Assembly (NCBI GenBank): GCA_963705105.1
Contig: CAVPIW010000012.1
Coordinates: forward strand, 160,001 to 224,000
From: an uncultured Nitrospiraceae bacterium
GTDB lineage: Bacteria; Nitrospirota; Thermodesulfovibrionia; Thermodesulfovibrionales; Dissulfurispiraceae
Direction of reading: 5' to 3'
DNA: 64,000 bases
Shown piece by piece: positions 37,967 to 48,694 of the stretch. Below the pieces are notes generated by a model. It was not told where the DNA came from and searched no databases. It saw nothing but the letters and a program-made list of their open reading frames with translations. Positions within the stretch are counted from its first letter, which is position 1; every line of letters starts with the position of its first letter. Made by a program: the position numbers and the translations under genes.

Positions 37967-39703
37967 TCAGAAATTGAACACCTTGTCAAGGTCTTCGTCC
38001 CTCACCTGAAAGGTGACGTTGTGCGGCGCCACCGGCTCCGTCGAGAAGAAACGGGGAAGACGGTCATGTGAAGAGTTGAAACCCGCTTTGGTATTGAATT
38101 CGCGTTCGGCGCGCAGGATCTTCTTGCCGAGCTCTACCACATCGTCGGCCGTGAGATTCCAGCCGTAAAAGCTGTTGAGAAGATCGATGAGCGCCTGGAA
38201 TGTTTCGGGCTGGTCGAGCACGGCAAAGGCGATGAAGAGGCACATGCCCGTCGCGTCCACCGCTGCCGTGGCGATCTGGAGATTCCGGGAAAGCTCGATC
38301 TGTCCCTCGGGCTTCAGCGGATCGACATATCCGCCCACCTTCAGGATGTTCGTTGCCACGGCATACCCGGCAGTATGGTCGGCCCCCATGGTGCTCGTTG
38401 CATAGGTGACGCCGATCCCCTGGACGGCCCGGGGGTCATATGCGGGCATCGCCTGCCCCTTGACGACAGGCACCCGCTCGACGCCGAACACCCTGCCCGT
38501 CACCGCAGCGCCGCTTCCCAGGATCCTGCCGAGATGCGTTCCCTTGCCGACTTCGTTGATGAGCCTGATCGCACCCTCGGCGTCTCCGAAGGGGAGGAGG
38601 CCCGCTTCCATTGCGACGCCGATGGTGACTCCCATTTCTATGGTGTCGAGCCCATAGTTGTCATCGAGGAAGTCGAGCTTCGCAATGGCGTCCATGTCGG
38701 CGATGCCGCAATTGCCGCCGTGGGCCCAGACCGTCTCATACTCAGGCTGCTTGGTCATGTAGTGCCCGTCCTTGTCCACATAAGTGCCGGAACACTGGAT
38801 GGCGCAGCCGCTGTGGCAGCCCTTCGTCGCGACGCCGCCGCGCCTGGTCTCGATCTCGGCCAGCGTTTCACCGCTTATCCTGTCGGCATGGGGGAAACTC
38901 CCTTCTTTGAAGCTGTAAGTCGGATACCCGCCGGCTTCACTCAGGATGTTCGTCAGGACGTTCGTTCCGTATTTCGGCAGCGCCTGGCCCGTGACGGCAT
39001 GGCTTTTCAGTCCCGCCGTGAAGCGCTTGTTGGCATCCCTGAACTTCTCGGGGTCCTTCGGCTGGCGGAACTTCAGATCTCCCCTGTCCAGGACGATGGC
39101 CTTGACGCCCTTCGACCCCATGACGGCGCCGACACCGCCCCTGCCGGCGTGGCGCGCCGGCCGCAGCTCCGTGTCCGTGATCGCAATGGAAGCGGCGCAG
39201 AGCTTCATCTCTCCGGCAGGGCCGATGGAGATGCAGGCGATCTTGTCGCCGTACCGCTCTTTCATCTTCTCCACGAGATCATAATTGGGCATCATTTTCA
39301 GGCTGTTGTCGACCCCGATCGCAACGCCCTTGGGACTGATGTGGATCGTGCAGATGTCGTCCGTGGCCGGCTTGCCCTCGAGCACGATGGCGGCATATCC
39401 CAGCCTTGCCAGGAAGGCCGCGGCCTGGCCGCCCGAATTGGATTCCTTGATGGTGCCGGTGAGGGGGCTCTTGCAGCCCACCGAGAGCCGGCCCGACGAC
39501 ACGGCGGCGCTGCCGCTGAGCAGGCCGGGAGCGATGACAAGCTTGTTCTCCGCGCCCAGAGGATGGCAGAGGGGCGGCACCTCTCTGGCCACAAGAAGGG
39601 AGGTCAGAGCCCTGCCTCCGAGCCCGGCATACTCTCCCATCGGTGTCTCCGTCACTTTTGGACCGCCCTCGGCCCCCACATCGATTCTCAGAATTCTGTC
39701 CAT
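37967..39703 (-). CDS. aor: Aldehyde:ferredoxin oxidoreductase (tungsten AOR family)
   Basis: GLGGR, KSPLTG.IKESNSGG, GRGGVGAVMGSKG, PEYET, GLDTI, YDPR. Confidence 0.95.
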   Translation of the reverse strand: MDRILRIDVGAEGGPKVTETPMGEYAGLGGRALTSLLVAREVPPLCHPLGAENKLVIAPGLLSGSAAVSSGRLSVGCKSPLTGTIKESNSGGQAAAFLARLGYAAIVLEGKPATDDICTIHISPKGVAIGVDNSLKMMPNYDLVEKMKERYGDKIACISIGPAGEMKLCAASIAITDTELRPARHAGRGGVGAVMGSKGVKAIVLDRGDLKFRQPKDPEKFRDANKRFTAGLKSHAVTGQALPKYGTNVLTNILSEAGGYPTYSFKEGSFPHADRISGETLAEIETRRGGVATKGCHSGCAIQCSGTYVDKDGHYMTKQPEYETVWAHGGNCGIADMDAIAKLDFLDDNYGLDTIEMGVTIGVAMEAGLLPFGDAEGAIRLINEVGKGTHLGRILGSGAAVTGRVFGVERVPVVKGQAMPAYDPRAVQGIGVTYATSTMGADHTAGYAVATNILKVGGYVDPLKPEGQIELSRNLQIATAAVDATGMCLFIAFAVLDQPETFQALIDLLNSFYGWNLTADDVVELGKKILRAEREFNTKAGFNSSHDRLPRFFSTEPVAPHNVTFQVRDEDLDKVFNF

Positions 39704-39737
39704 GGTACCCTCCTTTGTTCACCCTGAAAGACCGTTC

Positions 39738-39806
39738 GAGTGTCGGTGAAAGGAATGCATCTCAAATCTTTCTCGCGCAAAGCCGCAAAGAGCGCAGAGA
39801 AAGAAC
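39738..39806 (+). repeat. C-module repeat
   Basis: GAGTGTCGGTGAAAGGAA...TCTCGCGCAAAGCCGCAAAGAGCGCAGAGAAAG. Confidence 0.75.
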
Positions 39807-39897
39807 TGTCTGCTTTATTATAATTGATGATACCATAGAGAAAAGCTTTCAGTTGACATGCCACTTTGAGATGAAAGCGGCCGGACGGAGGCATGTG

Positions 39898-40797
39898 ATG
39901 GCGGAATACGGAATAGTGGTTCACGGCGGTGTCTGCACCCCGAAAGAGCATGCCGACGGCTGCGAAGAGGCTTGCCGGATCGGTCTCGCCATGCTCGCCT
40001 CGGGAGCGTCGGCGCTGGACGCGGCCGTTGAGGCGGTCAGCATGATGGAAGATGACGGGAGATTCAACGCGGGAAGCGGGTCGGTGCTCCGCATCGACGG
40101 CAGGACACGACAGATGGACGCGGCGGTGATGGACTCCACGGGCAGGATCGGGGCGGTGATCGCCATAGAAGACATCAGGAATCCCGTGCTCGCAGCCAGG
40201 GCAGTCCTCGAAACGCCTCACGTGGCGCTGGCCGGGAAAGGGGCGACCACATTCGCCGTCCAGAGGGGCTTTGCACCTATTGGCGAGGCACCCGAGCGGG
40301 TTTTGAAAAGATTCGAAAGGCTGCGAGATGCCGTCAACGCCGGGAAAATCGGCGCCGAGTACCTGTCCTGGGGCGGCCGGGACCTGAGGTCTCTCTGGAA
40401 CGTCGATGGGATCGCCTATGACGAGGTCTTTTCGACGGACACCGTCGGGGCTGTCGCATTGGACAGGGAGGGTGTCTTTGCGGTGGCGACTTCGACGGGC
40501 GGCGCTTTCCCCATGATGCTCGGCAGGGTCGGTGATACACCGATGATCGGCTGCGGCTTTTACGCGGGGAAGATCGCCGCTGCGGCCTGCACGGGGATCG
40601 GCGAAGAGATCATCCGGACGATGCTTGCAAGGGACGTCTGCGACAGGATCGTCTCAGGTGCGGACCCGCGGGAAGCCTGCAATGACGCGATGCGGTCGGT
40701 GTCGCCCGATATCCCCATCGGCATTATCTGTCTGTCAGCCCGAGGCATCGGGATTGCAGCAAACCGCGAGATGGCTCACGCCTCTGCGATCATATGA
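39898..40797 (+). CDS. Isoaspartyl peptidase / L-asparaginase (Ntn hydrolase)
   Basis: IVVHGG, FNAGSGS, DTVGAVA, ATSTGG, GRVGDTP. Confidence 0.93.
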   Translation: MAEYGIVVHGGVCTPKEHADGCEEACRIGLAMLASGASALDAAVEAVSMMEDDGRFNAGSGSVLRIDGRTRQMDAAVMDSTGRIGAVIAIEDIRNPVLAARAVLETPHVALAGKGATTFAVQRGFAPIGEAPERVLKRFERLRDAVNAGKIGAEYLSWGGRDLRSLWNVDGIAYDEVFSTDTVGAVALDREGVFAVATSTGGAFPMMLGRVGDTPMIGCGFYAGKIAAAACTGIGEEIIRTMLARDVCDRIVSGADPREACNDAMRSVSPDIPIGIICLSARGIGIAANREMAHASAII

Positions 40798-40828
40798 AAG
40801 CATCGCAGGGTGCATGTCCCGGGCGCTC

Positions 40829-41179
40829 TCAACTTCTGAACTGGTCCTCCAACCTCCTGAACCTCGGTTCGTAGATAAGATCGTAGAGACTGATTTTGTC
40901 GGGCAAAAGCTCTGCTATCCTCTCCCTGAGTTTCCGCTTCTCCATCTCTATATCGATCATCGGCCAGTCGCTCCCGACGATCAGGGAAGCGATCCGGTCG
41001 GCCATGGACCGTATCTCGCTCACATTCCTGTCTTCACGGATCCGCGCAAAAAGAGCATCATCCATCAGTCGCTCATGTTTGAGCGTCACAGGCTCCCCGC
41101 ACGCGCACCTGACGGACCTGCCGAATGCAAACAGGGTGACGTCATAGCCCCTGCCACAATATGTGCACCGGACAGCCAT
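40829..41179 (-). CDS. Hypothetical protein with N-terminal Cys motifs
   Basis: CTYC...CAC; coupled to the upstream NTPase. Confidence 0.8.
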   Translation of the reverse strand: MAVRCTYCGRGYDVTLFAFGRSVRCACGEPVTLKHERLMDDALFARIREDRNVSEIRSMADRIASLIVGSDWPMIDIEMEKRKLRERIAELLPDKISLYDLIYEPRFRRLEDQFRS

Positions 41180-41730
41180 CAGTCCTTTTCCCTTTCCTGC
41201 ATCCCCTCAAGGAGCCGGACCACACGCCTCAGAATCATGTCAGGCAGAGAGTCCCTGTTCTTAAGTGTCACATTGAGGAGTTCAACATCCTCTCTGCCTT
41301 TGATCCGCCTGAAGAACTCATCACCGCCCAGCGAGATCGTGCCCACAACGATATTCGGTGAATCGAGGGCCGTGAGCACCGCTTTCTTGAATGCACGAGA
41401 GAAACATTCCATTTTGCCGATTTCATCGATGACGATGATGTGATCGTTGCGCGGCACCAGTGAGGGAACGGCGATCGTCTCGATATTTTCCATGCTGACC
41501 CCGTAAATGCGGACGCGAAAATCAGAGGGGATGTCGCGGTGTGCGAGGTAGCCCTCTCTGCCGTCAAGGGTCTTCATGACAAATCCGGCCCTCTCGCCTG
41601 CCACCCGTTCTTCCCCGGTGTAAAAACCGGCGGCGGGATGGCGCAGCAGCGCGATCACTTTCTTGATGACTGTTGTTTTGCCGGACGAAGGAGTTCCGGT
41701 GAGAAGGATGTTTTTCCTGAGATCAGACAT
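41179..41730 (-). CDS. Nucleoside-triphosphatase (NTPase_1/THEP1 family)
   Basis: GTPSSGKTT, GFYT, IVIDEIGKME. Confidence 0.92.
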   Translation of the reverse strand: MSDLRKNILLTGTPSSGKTTVIKKVIALLRHPAAGFYTGEERVAGERAGFVMKTLDGREGYLAHRDIPSDFRVRIYGVSMENIETIAVPSLVPRNDHIIVIDEIGKMECFSRAFKKAVLTALDSPNIVVGTISLGGDEFFRRIKGREDVELLNVTLKNRDSLPDMILRRVVRLLEGMQEREKD

Positions 41731-41853
41731 TTGCTGTGCTTAATCTTGCATGAAGAAGGCGGGGTGAACGCGCCACTTATAAACAGTAGACAGAATACAG
41801 AAGGCATTAGACAATAGACAGCAGGCAAAGACAGAAACCGGACGACAAACACA

Positions 41854-42031
41854 CCGACGGGGAGGCTGATGTGGCGAAAAGCCTTTCCTCTAAGATACCT
41901 TGTTGATCCCCAGACCACACTTTGCCGTGTCGATTGTAGACAAAAGCCCGTCAGGCAACAGACTCTTAACACCTGGAGATGTCTCATCATCGCATTGGAA
42001 AGGCTTTGAACCATATCTGCCTCCCCGTCGG
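41854..42031 (+). repeat. Family B inverted-repeat element, full copy
   Basis: 35-bp imperfect TIR CCGACGGGGAGGCTGATGTGGCGAAAAGCCTTTCC / GGAAAGGCTTTGAACCATATCTGCCTCCCCGTCGG; preceded by AGACAG(Y)-type heptamer repeats 41781-41836. Confidence 0.88.
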
Positions 42032-42041
42032 AAACATTCCT

Positions 42042-42084
42042 TCAGCAAGGCTTTTCGGCGCCTTCGCCCCGCCTTTCCGGAAGG
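42042..42084 (-). repeat. Family A arm fragment
   Basis: CAGCAAGGCTTTTCGGCGCCTTCGCCCCGCCTTTCCGGA. Confidence 0.75.
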
Positions 42085-42085
42085 A

Positions 42086-42442
42086 TCATGGGGACTGACG
42101 GGATGATGCCTGCTCCGCCCGGCGGAGTATATGGACGGCTTCACCGCAGGACCTGCAGGGGAAGAGTTTCACGACCATCGCATCGAGGGGATGGCGAGTC
42201 TTTTTCTCTTCTTCCCCCAGGAGCATAGCGATGAACTCCCTGTGCGCTTCTTTTTCGCTATCAGCAGTCGCTTTATATTCCCATACCGTCTTCAGAGGGA
42301 AGAGGCCCGCAATCATCTTGATGACCCTGATGCTGTGCTCGGGGGTATTCGCAACAGAGACAAGCACCTTTTCCCTGTTATCGAACCGTATCTGGAAGAA
42401 GCAGTGCCGCTCCGTGTTTTTATAGGCTATGACCTTGCTCAT
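42086..42442 (-). CDS. Hypothetical protein
   Basis: Intact 118-aa ORF between two family A arms. Confidence 0.7.
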   Translation of the reverse strand: MSKVIAYKNTERHCFFQIRFDNREKVLVSVANTPEHSIRVIKMIAGLFPLKTVWEYKATADSEKEAHREFIAMLLGEEEKKTRHPLDAMVVKLFPCRSCGEAVHILRRAEQASSRQSP

Positions 42443-42448
42443 ATGGAT

Positions 42449-42508
42449 TTACCTTATCGTTGCAATACACTTCCGGGAAAGGCGGGGCGTATGCGCCGAA
42501 AACCTTGC
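42449..42508 (+). repeat. Family A half copy (left arm)
   Basis: Identical to the 30668-30724 arm. Confidence 0.88.
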
Positions 42509-42560
42509 CGATATTTTAGTAAAAGCAGCGAAGCACGTGCAACCCTGGTGCGGCGAACCC

Positions 42561-43064
42561 TCACTTCTTCACGCCATAGCCGACCGATGTCACCATGAAG
42601 GTGTCCGTGCCGTTGGGCCTGCTCACCACGACTTCATCCCCCTCGGTCTTGTGCAGTAGCGCCCTTGCCATGGGGGAATCGATGCTGATATATCCCTTCT
42701 TCGCATCGAATTCGTCGGGCCCGACAATGCGGTAGCGGAACAGGTTGCCGTCTGCGTCCTCGAGCTCGACCCAGGCGCCGAAGAATATTTTCGACCTGTC
42801 GGCAGGCGGCCTGTCGACGACGATCAGTTCGTCCAGCCTTTTGGCGAGATACCGGACCCGTGCATCGATCTGCCGCAACTGCTTCTTGCCGTAAATATAC
42901 TCCGCGTTCTCCGAACGGTCCCCCATGGCCGCGGCTTCTGCAACGGCCTGCGTGACCTGGGGACGCTTCACCTTCCAGAGAAAGGAGAGTTCATCGCATA
43001 GAAGCGTTCGCCCCTCGGGGGTGATATACCGGGAGGTATGCGCTTTATGACGGGACCGTTGCAT
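42561..43064 (-). CDS. greB: Transcription elongation factor GreB
   Basis: [36 protein letters not shown]. Confidence 0.95.
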   Translation of the reverse strand: MQRSRHKAHTSRYITPEGRTLLCDELSFLWKVKRPQVTQAVAEAAAMGDRSENAEYIYGKKQLRQIDARVRYLAKRLDELIVVDRPPADRSKIFFGAWVELEDADGNLFRYRIVGPDEFDAKKGYISIDSPMARALLHKTEGDEVVVSRPNGTDTFMVTSVGYGVKK

Positions 43065-43172
43065 GCCCTGCTAACCTCTTCATGACATCTCGCAGCAATA
43101 TATTTTTCCGACTTTTTCTCTTTCCCCGGGGTCGTCTCTTGCAACCCTGACAGCATAACCCCCGAAACCTGC

Positions 43173-44468
43173 TCAATGTGTCGATTCCTCTTTCAGGAAA
43201 GCAGGAACAAACATGTTAATGAAGTAGAACAGCACGAACGGCGTTGCAATAACCGCAAGGGCGCCAAAGAGTCCTTCCTTGAATGTCTCAAGATTATGCG
43301 GAATCACCGGCAGATGATAATCCATGAACCCTGAAAAACTTAACGAAAATGCCTGCCCACCGATAACGACATTGTAACGCATCATGAACACGCCGAACAG
43401 AACCAGCACGGTGGCAATGGTTGTGCGCCGTACCGTGCGCCCCGGCAGTATCATCATGATAAAAGGAATGAGGTTGCCGATCGTATACTGCAGGATGAAT
43501 ATCTTGAAGAAGTCGCGCTCCATGATGACTTCGCGCAGAATATCCCAGGACTTGACCTGAGTGTAACCGCGGAAGATAAGGTCCAGTATTTCAAGGGTTA
43601 TGGCGGCGATCATGAAATAGAGCAGGTAATTGGAGGAGATCATGACTTCCGTGTGTTTTGCAGCTTCAAGCTCCTCTGCGTTGGGCGCATCCGCATCTTT
43701 GGCCCAGCGGGCCATTTTGCTTCTTGCCATGTACTTGCGAATTTCCTGTACGATCACGTACGAGAGAATACAGAGGGCAACTCCCGAAACAACGGCTGAA
43801 CAGATAAAAATAACCGGCATCAGCGGGGTCATCCAGAGGGCATTCGCCTTGACCGAGCCGAAGATGAAACCGGCGTAACCGTGCAGGAAGCAGGCAACGG
43901 GGATCCCGATTGCGGCCATGATCTTGCAGGCTTTATGATCCTTTTCCACGGCCTCGCGGCTGATATCCCAAGCGCCCAGCGTCAGCGCCTTGAAAACCAT
44001 CATGCGGAAGTTGTCTGTGACGGTGCGGTTCTGCTTTGCCATCAGACCCTTTGCCGTTTCAACGAAATATTTGCGGTATGACAGCCAGATTTCGCTCGCA
44101 ACAATTGAAGCGTAGGTCAGAAACACAATGCCGAACGCCGAAATGGCCGACGTAAAATGCGGCGTCATCAGAACATTGATGCCCCGGAATGGCTGTTGCA
44201 GATGGAGCAACAAGGGCATCATGGCCGCCGGCAGCAGGGCAAACGAGAATACCAGGGAAAACCGGGCGATCTCCTTCAGTTTTTCAACGCCAAAGACGTG
44301 ATACAGGGAAGAGAGAACAAAGGCCCCGGCCACGAGGCCTGTCATGAACGGGTACATGACGATCTGGATCGACCAGTAGATGTACTCATTCGGCAGGGTG
44401 AACAATTCCTTGACCGTCCATGATTCTCCGTGAACTTCCATTGCGAGTTGAGCGATTTGTCCAACCAT
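43173..44468 (-). CDS. NrfD/PsrC-family membrane quinol oxidoreductase subunit
   Basis: WSIQIVMYPFMTGLVAGAF, LHGYAGFIF; about 10 TM segments. Confidence 0.9.
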   Translation of the reverse strand: MVGQIAQLAMEVHGESWTVKELFTLPNEYIYWSIQIVMYPFMTGLVAGAFVLSSLYHVFGVEKLKEIARFSLVFSFALLPAAMMPLLLHLQQPFRGINVLMTPHFTSAISAFGIVFLTYASIVASEIWLSYRKYFVETAKGLMAKQNRTVTDNFRMMVFKALTLGAWDISREAVEKDHKACKIMAAIGIPVACFLHGYAGFIFGSVKANALWMTPLMPVIFICSAVVSGVALCILSYVIVQEIRKYMARSKMARWAKDADAPNAEELEAAKHTEVMISSNYLLYFMIAAITLEILDLIFRGYTQVKSWDILREVIMERDFFKIFILQYTIGNLIPFIMMILPGRTVRRTTIATVLVLFGVFMMRYNVVIGGQAFSLSFSGFMDYHLPVIPHNLETFKEGLFGALAVIATPFVLFYFINMFVPAFLKEESTH

Positions 44469-44470
44469 GA

Positions 44471-45244
44471 CTATCGCACCTCCTGGGCAAGACCAATATA
44501 GAAGGCCTGAGGCTTGGTCCCGAATTCATCCTTCAGCACCCCGACCCGCTCGTTCATTATGATCTGAGTGATCGGGTCATTGATATCGTGAATATTTCCC
44601 ATCCTGCGGGCGCCGAAAGGGCAGGCATTGACACAGGCCGAGTCCAGCCCTTTACTCAGACGGTGATAGCAGAAGGTGCACTTATCGGCAACGTGCAGAA
44701 CGGGATGGAAAAAACGTGCCGCATAAGGGCAGGCCATGATGCAATAGCCGCAACCGATACACCATTCCCGGTCCACCAGAACGACTCCGTCATCAGTCTT
44801 ATAGGTAGCGCCGACGGGACAGACCTGTGTACAAGCGGGGGCGGAACAGTGATTGCAGAGTTTGGGGACAAAAAAAGCTTTCCCTACGTTATGGGGGTCG
44901 ATCTCCTTGAATTTACCCCGGCCCAGATCAATGCGGGATTCGGTGAATCCGTACAGAGCGGCTTTAGGACTGTCCACATAGCGCTTGTCGTCCTTCGTGT
45001 ACACATAGCGTTCCACCCAGGTCCGTGAAACGTTTGCATTCAAGGGAATGTCGTTCTCGGTCTTGCAGGCCATGACGCAGAAACCGCAGCCGACGCACTT
45101 GTTGGTATCGACCAGGAATGCCCATTGAATATCGGGATCGGCGGCCAACAACTTTTGGGGATCAATCAGTTTCAAGGCCGAGAGGGGAACTGAGGCGCCG
45201 GCAATGACCATAATGCATTTCTTGATAAAATCACGCCTCTTCAT
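44471..45244 (-). CDS. Tat-exported 4Fe-4S subunit (NrfC-like)
   Basis: MKRRDFIK; four Cys clusters. Confidence 0.92.
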   Translation of the reverse strand: MKRRDFIKKCIMVIAGASVPLSALKLIDPQKLLAADPDIQWAFLVDTNKCVGCGFCVMACKTENDIPLNANVSRTWVERYVYTKDDKRYVDSPKAALYGFTESRIDLGRGKFKEIDPHNVGKAFFVPKLCNHCSAPACTQVCPVGATYKTDDGVVLVDREWCIGCGYCIMACPYAARFFHPVLHVADKCTFCYHRLSKGLDSACVNACPFGARRMGNIHDINDPITQIIMNERVGVLKDEFGTKPQAFYIGLAQEVR

Positions 45245-45735
45245 GATTGCAGATCCTCCAGTTTCGGGTTGTGCGGGTTGTGACACATGACGCATTCTAT
45301 GCCGGTGTTGTGACTCTTCGGGTCTATGCCGGGGATACGCTTGCGTTCGCTAGTCGTATAGGGGAGGCTGGTGTGGCAGCGAAGGCAAAGCTCGCGGCTG
45401 CGGTCGATAGCAAGTTTTTCCGGCGCTTCCGGGTGGTTGAGCACCGGCCCGTGACAATCCTCGCAGGGAATGATGCCATGCAGTCTTTCGGTGCGGACCT
45501 TGACCACATCGCCGTGACAGTCATTGCAGTATTCGTGCATTTTCTGCTGGCCGGTGACGCCATATTTCGCCGGTTGATTCTTCCACTCCATTACATTGGA
45601 CTTGCGGTGGTAGGAATACATGAAGCCTCGCTTTCCGGAAATGAAGTCGTTCGGGACATAGAAGAAACGAAACACCAGCAGAGCAGCGACAAAAGCAATG
45701 ACCACATACAATGGTCGCCAGACGTGACTTTTCAC
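45241..45735 (-). CDS. Membrane-anchored tetrahaem cytochrome c
   Basis: CNDCH, CEDCH, CLRCH, CVMCH; N-terminal TM helix. Confidence 0.92.
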   Translation of the reverse strand: MKSHVWRPLYVVIAFVAALLVFRFFYVPNDFISGKRGFMYSYHRKSNVMEWKNQPAKYGVTGQQKMHEYCNDCHGDVVKVRTERLHGIIPCEDCHGPVLNHPEAPEKLAIDRSRELCLRCHTSLPYTTSERKRIPGIDPKSHNTGIECVMCHNPHNPKLEDLQS

Positions 45736-45766
45736 TCTTTTACTCCCCCATTGACGTCGTGGTTAG

Positions 45767-45822
45767 CGTTTGGCGCATACACCCCGCCTTTCCCCCGAAA
45801 GCGTATGCAACGATAAGGTAAA
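45767..45822 (-). repeat. Family A half copy (left arm)
   Basis: GGCGCATACACCCCGCCTTTCC...TGCAACGATAAGGTAAA. Confidence 0.8.
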
Positions 45823-46814
45823 TCTATACTATTAAAATAGTGCAAGAGGCAGCTTATGTCAATTATGCACGATAGAGTCATTTTCTTACGGCATGATGAG
45901 GGCAGACAAGAAGCATTCCCTATACCGACTATTCGATCGTTGACTTGTCTCTGTCGATGAGGATTCTTGAGGATTGGCGGCATTGAAAAGAGAGGTGGGC
46001 GCGCGCATTGCCTAATTGAGGGAAAAGGCGGTAACAATGAGGTAGCAACAAAGACAAAGCTTGAACAACCTGCGTCTGATACGTGGAAGCTGCTTTATTT
46101 CCAGTTTGTTCAGCCCTTTCTGGCCTTTCCCATCCAAGAATATTAAGAAATCGACGATTCGTCTTAGTTGCCCTCCATATGAACTCCCACTGAACCGCGA
46201 CGAATGGTTCGGATGCGATATGTCAGGTTGCGGCAACTTCTGCAGAGGTACCTCGCGTTTAAGGACGGCAAATAGAGGGGATTCCCGGTTTGGACAAGAG
46301 GAGATTCATAATTTCTTCACACCTGTCTGATTAAATGAAACATAAAAACACTTGACCTTGTGAGGACTCAAAAGATGGGACGAGTCAATAACCTTACAAT
46401 CCTCTTTATCTTCACAGCCTTTTTTTGAATACCTCTCAAATCAGGTTCTGCCCTTTTATGGGAGATCTTTCTTGTCTACTGCATAATTCAGTACATAGTA
46501 ATGAACAGCGATTAACCGACCCTCCCTACACCCCCTGTCTTTTTATTATTGATCCGTACCAGACGATCGATTGCCCTTCTACCTCGGCCGGATCATGATT
46601 CGCCCATCTTGCTGACACTCAATGCGGCCGGATTGACAACGCATAAAAGTCTGATATACTTCGATTAGGAGATACGGGTTACGAGATGCCTCAACATGAT
46701 GGGACACGCCGATGCGTCCATGCCCGCCATAGACCTGCTGACGGCGGCGATGGCCGACATGGCCAAACAGACAAAACACTTCAGTATCCTCCATAAAAGA
46801 AAGGAGAGTATCCC

Positions 46815-47636
46815 TTGCCGACGATCACAACACAAGACGGCACGCAGATCTATTACAAGGACTGGGGATCGGGACAGCCCGTCGTCTTCAGCCACGGCTG
46901 GCCTTTGAGCGGGGACGCCTGGGAAGACCAGATGTTCTTTCTGGCCTCCCGCGGATACCGGTGCATTGCTCATGACCGCAGGGGCCATGGCCGATCGAGC
47001 CAGCCCTGGACCGGCAATGACATGGACACCTATGCTGACGACCTGGCGGCGCTCGTCGAAGCGCTCGACCTGAAAAATGCGATCCATGTCGGTCACTCCA
47101 CGGGCGGCGGCGAAGTCGCACGGTATATTGGTCGCTACGGAACGAAGCGTGTGGCCAAGGCCGTCCTGATCGGCGCCGTCCCGCCTTTGATGCTGAAGAC
47201 TGCGGCGAACCCTGGCGGACTGCCTATGGAGGTCTTCGACGGTATCCGTGCCAATGTCCTTGCCGACCGCTCAAAGTTTTTCAAGGAGCTGACTATACCT
47301 TTCTATGGATACAACAGGCCTGGCGCAAGAATATCGGAAGGTGTTCGCGAGTCGTTCTGGCTTCAGGGTATGATGGCGGGCTTCCCTGCTGCCTATTTCT
47401 GCATTAGGGCCTTTTCTGAGACGGATATGACCGAGGATCTGAAGAAGATGGACGTACCGACCCTGTTCCTTCATGGCGACGACGATCAGATCGTGCCGAT
47501 CGCCGACTCGGCCATGCTTGCCGTCGACCTCGTCAAGAATGGGACGCTCAAAGTTTACAGGGGTGGATCTCACGGCATCTGCACGACCCAGAAGGACGAG
47601 GTCAACGCCGACCTGCTCGCATTCATCAAGGGGTAG
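46815..47636 (+). CDS. Non-haem haloperoxidase-type alpha/beta hydrolase
   Basis: [35 protein letters not shown] start with AGGAG RBS. Confidence 0.93.
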   Translation: MPTITTQDGTQIYYKDWGSGQPVVFSHGWPLSGDAWEDQMFFLASRGYRCIAHDRRGHGRSSQPWTGNDMDTYADDLAALVEALDLKNAIHVGHSTGGGEVARYIGRYGTKRVAKAVLIGAVPPLMLKTAANPGGLPMEVFDGIRANVLADRSKFFKELTIPFYGYNRPGARISEGVRESFWLQGMMAGFPAAYFCIRAFSETDMTEDLKKMDVPTLFLHGDDDQIVPIADSAMLAVDLVKNGTLKVYRGGSHGICTTQKDEVNADLLAFIKG

Positions 47637-47679
47637 AAGCTGACCACAGGCAGCGCATATTGAACAGGGGGAAGGGTCT

Positions 47680-47896
47680 TTACCTTTCAGTCGCGTGAAA
47701 AGGCTGGGCGAAACGCCTCAAAGCCTTGCTGAAGGCGACGATGAGCATTGTTCGGTTCGTGTTTCAGGATTCAACTGTCCCTGTGATCGACCTCGGCTCG
47801 AAACGGTATCTTCTGTGAGGTTAATGGTGTCGCCGCATCAAGGTTTTCGGCGCATACGCCCCGCCTTCCCGGATGGCGTATGCAACGATACGGTTT
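47680..47896 (-). repeat. Family A full copy (subtype 2 interior)
   Basis: Both arms present; AAAGCCTTGCTGAAGGCGACGATGAGCATTG interior. Confidence 0.85.
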
Positions 47897-47926
47897 ATTG
47901 TAAGCAGAAAAAGAGAGGAGACAGTC

Positions 47927-48694
47927 ATGAAATCGCTTCGGGTATCAAGAATTGCAGGTATGAGGTTATTTGTTCTTATCTTGTTCTCAGTCGCAGTGTT
48001 TGTGATCCATGCCGGCCCTGCGGACGCTCAGCAGGCGGGCTCCATGACCACAAAGGAGACCGGGAAGCCCCTTCTGGATCCCGCGGACACGGTGATGCTC
48101 TTTCTCGACCATCAATCAGGTCTGTTCCAGACGGTAAAGGACATCAGCGTGGCCGAGTTGCGGACCAACACTATTGTCCTGGCGAAGCTGGCGACTTTGC
48201 TGAAGATTCCCGTCATCACGACCGCCTCGGAGCCGAACGGTCCGAACGGCCCTCTCATGCCCGAGATTCACCAGTTCGCCCCGCACGCGGTCTACGTGGC
48301 CCGCAAGGGTGAAGTGAACGCGTGGGAAAACGAGGATTTTGTCAGGGCGGTCCGCGCAACCGGCAAGAAGACCCTGATCATGTCCGGCGTCTGGACGAGC
48401 GTCTGCGTCATGTTTCCGGCGCTGGACGCGAAGGCGGAGGGTTTCAGGGTCTACGCAGTGATCGATGCTTCCGGCGACCCGAGCGAGATGGTTTCGAGAA
48501 CGACCCTTGCCCGCTTCACCCAGGCCGGTGTGATCCCGACCAGCACCAACGCGGTGCTCAGTGAAATTCACCGGACCTGGAACCGGCCCGAAGCGGCAGA
48601 GCTCGCAAAGCTGTATGCAACGGTGGCGCCAAACTACGAAGCCCTTATAGAGAGCTATCAGAAGGCGCAGGACGTCATCAGGCAGAAAAAGTAA
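47927..48694 (+). CDS. Isochorismatase-family (YcaC-like) cysteine hydrolase with signal peptide
   Basis: LFLDHQSGL, GPNGPL, VNAWEN, TSVCV. Confidence 0.9.
   Translation: MKSLRVSRIAGMRLFVLILFSVAVFVIHAGPADAQQAGSMTTKETGKPLLDPADTVMLFLDHQSGLFQTVKDISVAELRTNTIVLAKLATLLKIPVITTASEPNGPNGPLMPEIHQFAPHAVYVARKGEVNAWENEDFVRAVRATGKKTLIMSGVWTSVCVMFPALDAKAEGFRVYAVIDASGDPSEMVSRTTLARFTQAGVIPTSTNAVLSEIHRTWNRPEAAELAKLYATVAPNYEALIESYQKAQDVIRQKK

Noticed and set aside
38375..39727. Long antisense ORFs (450 aa here; also 52069-53046, 56044-57282, 62241-63281)
   Set aside because: Antisense shadows of well-supported GC-rich genes
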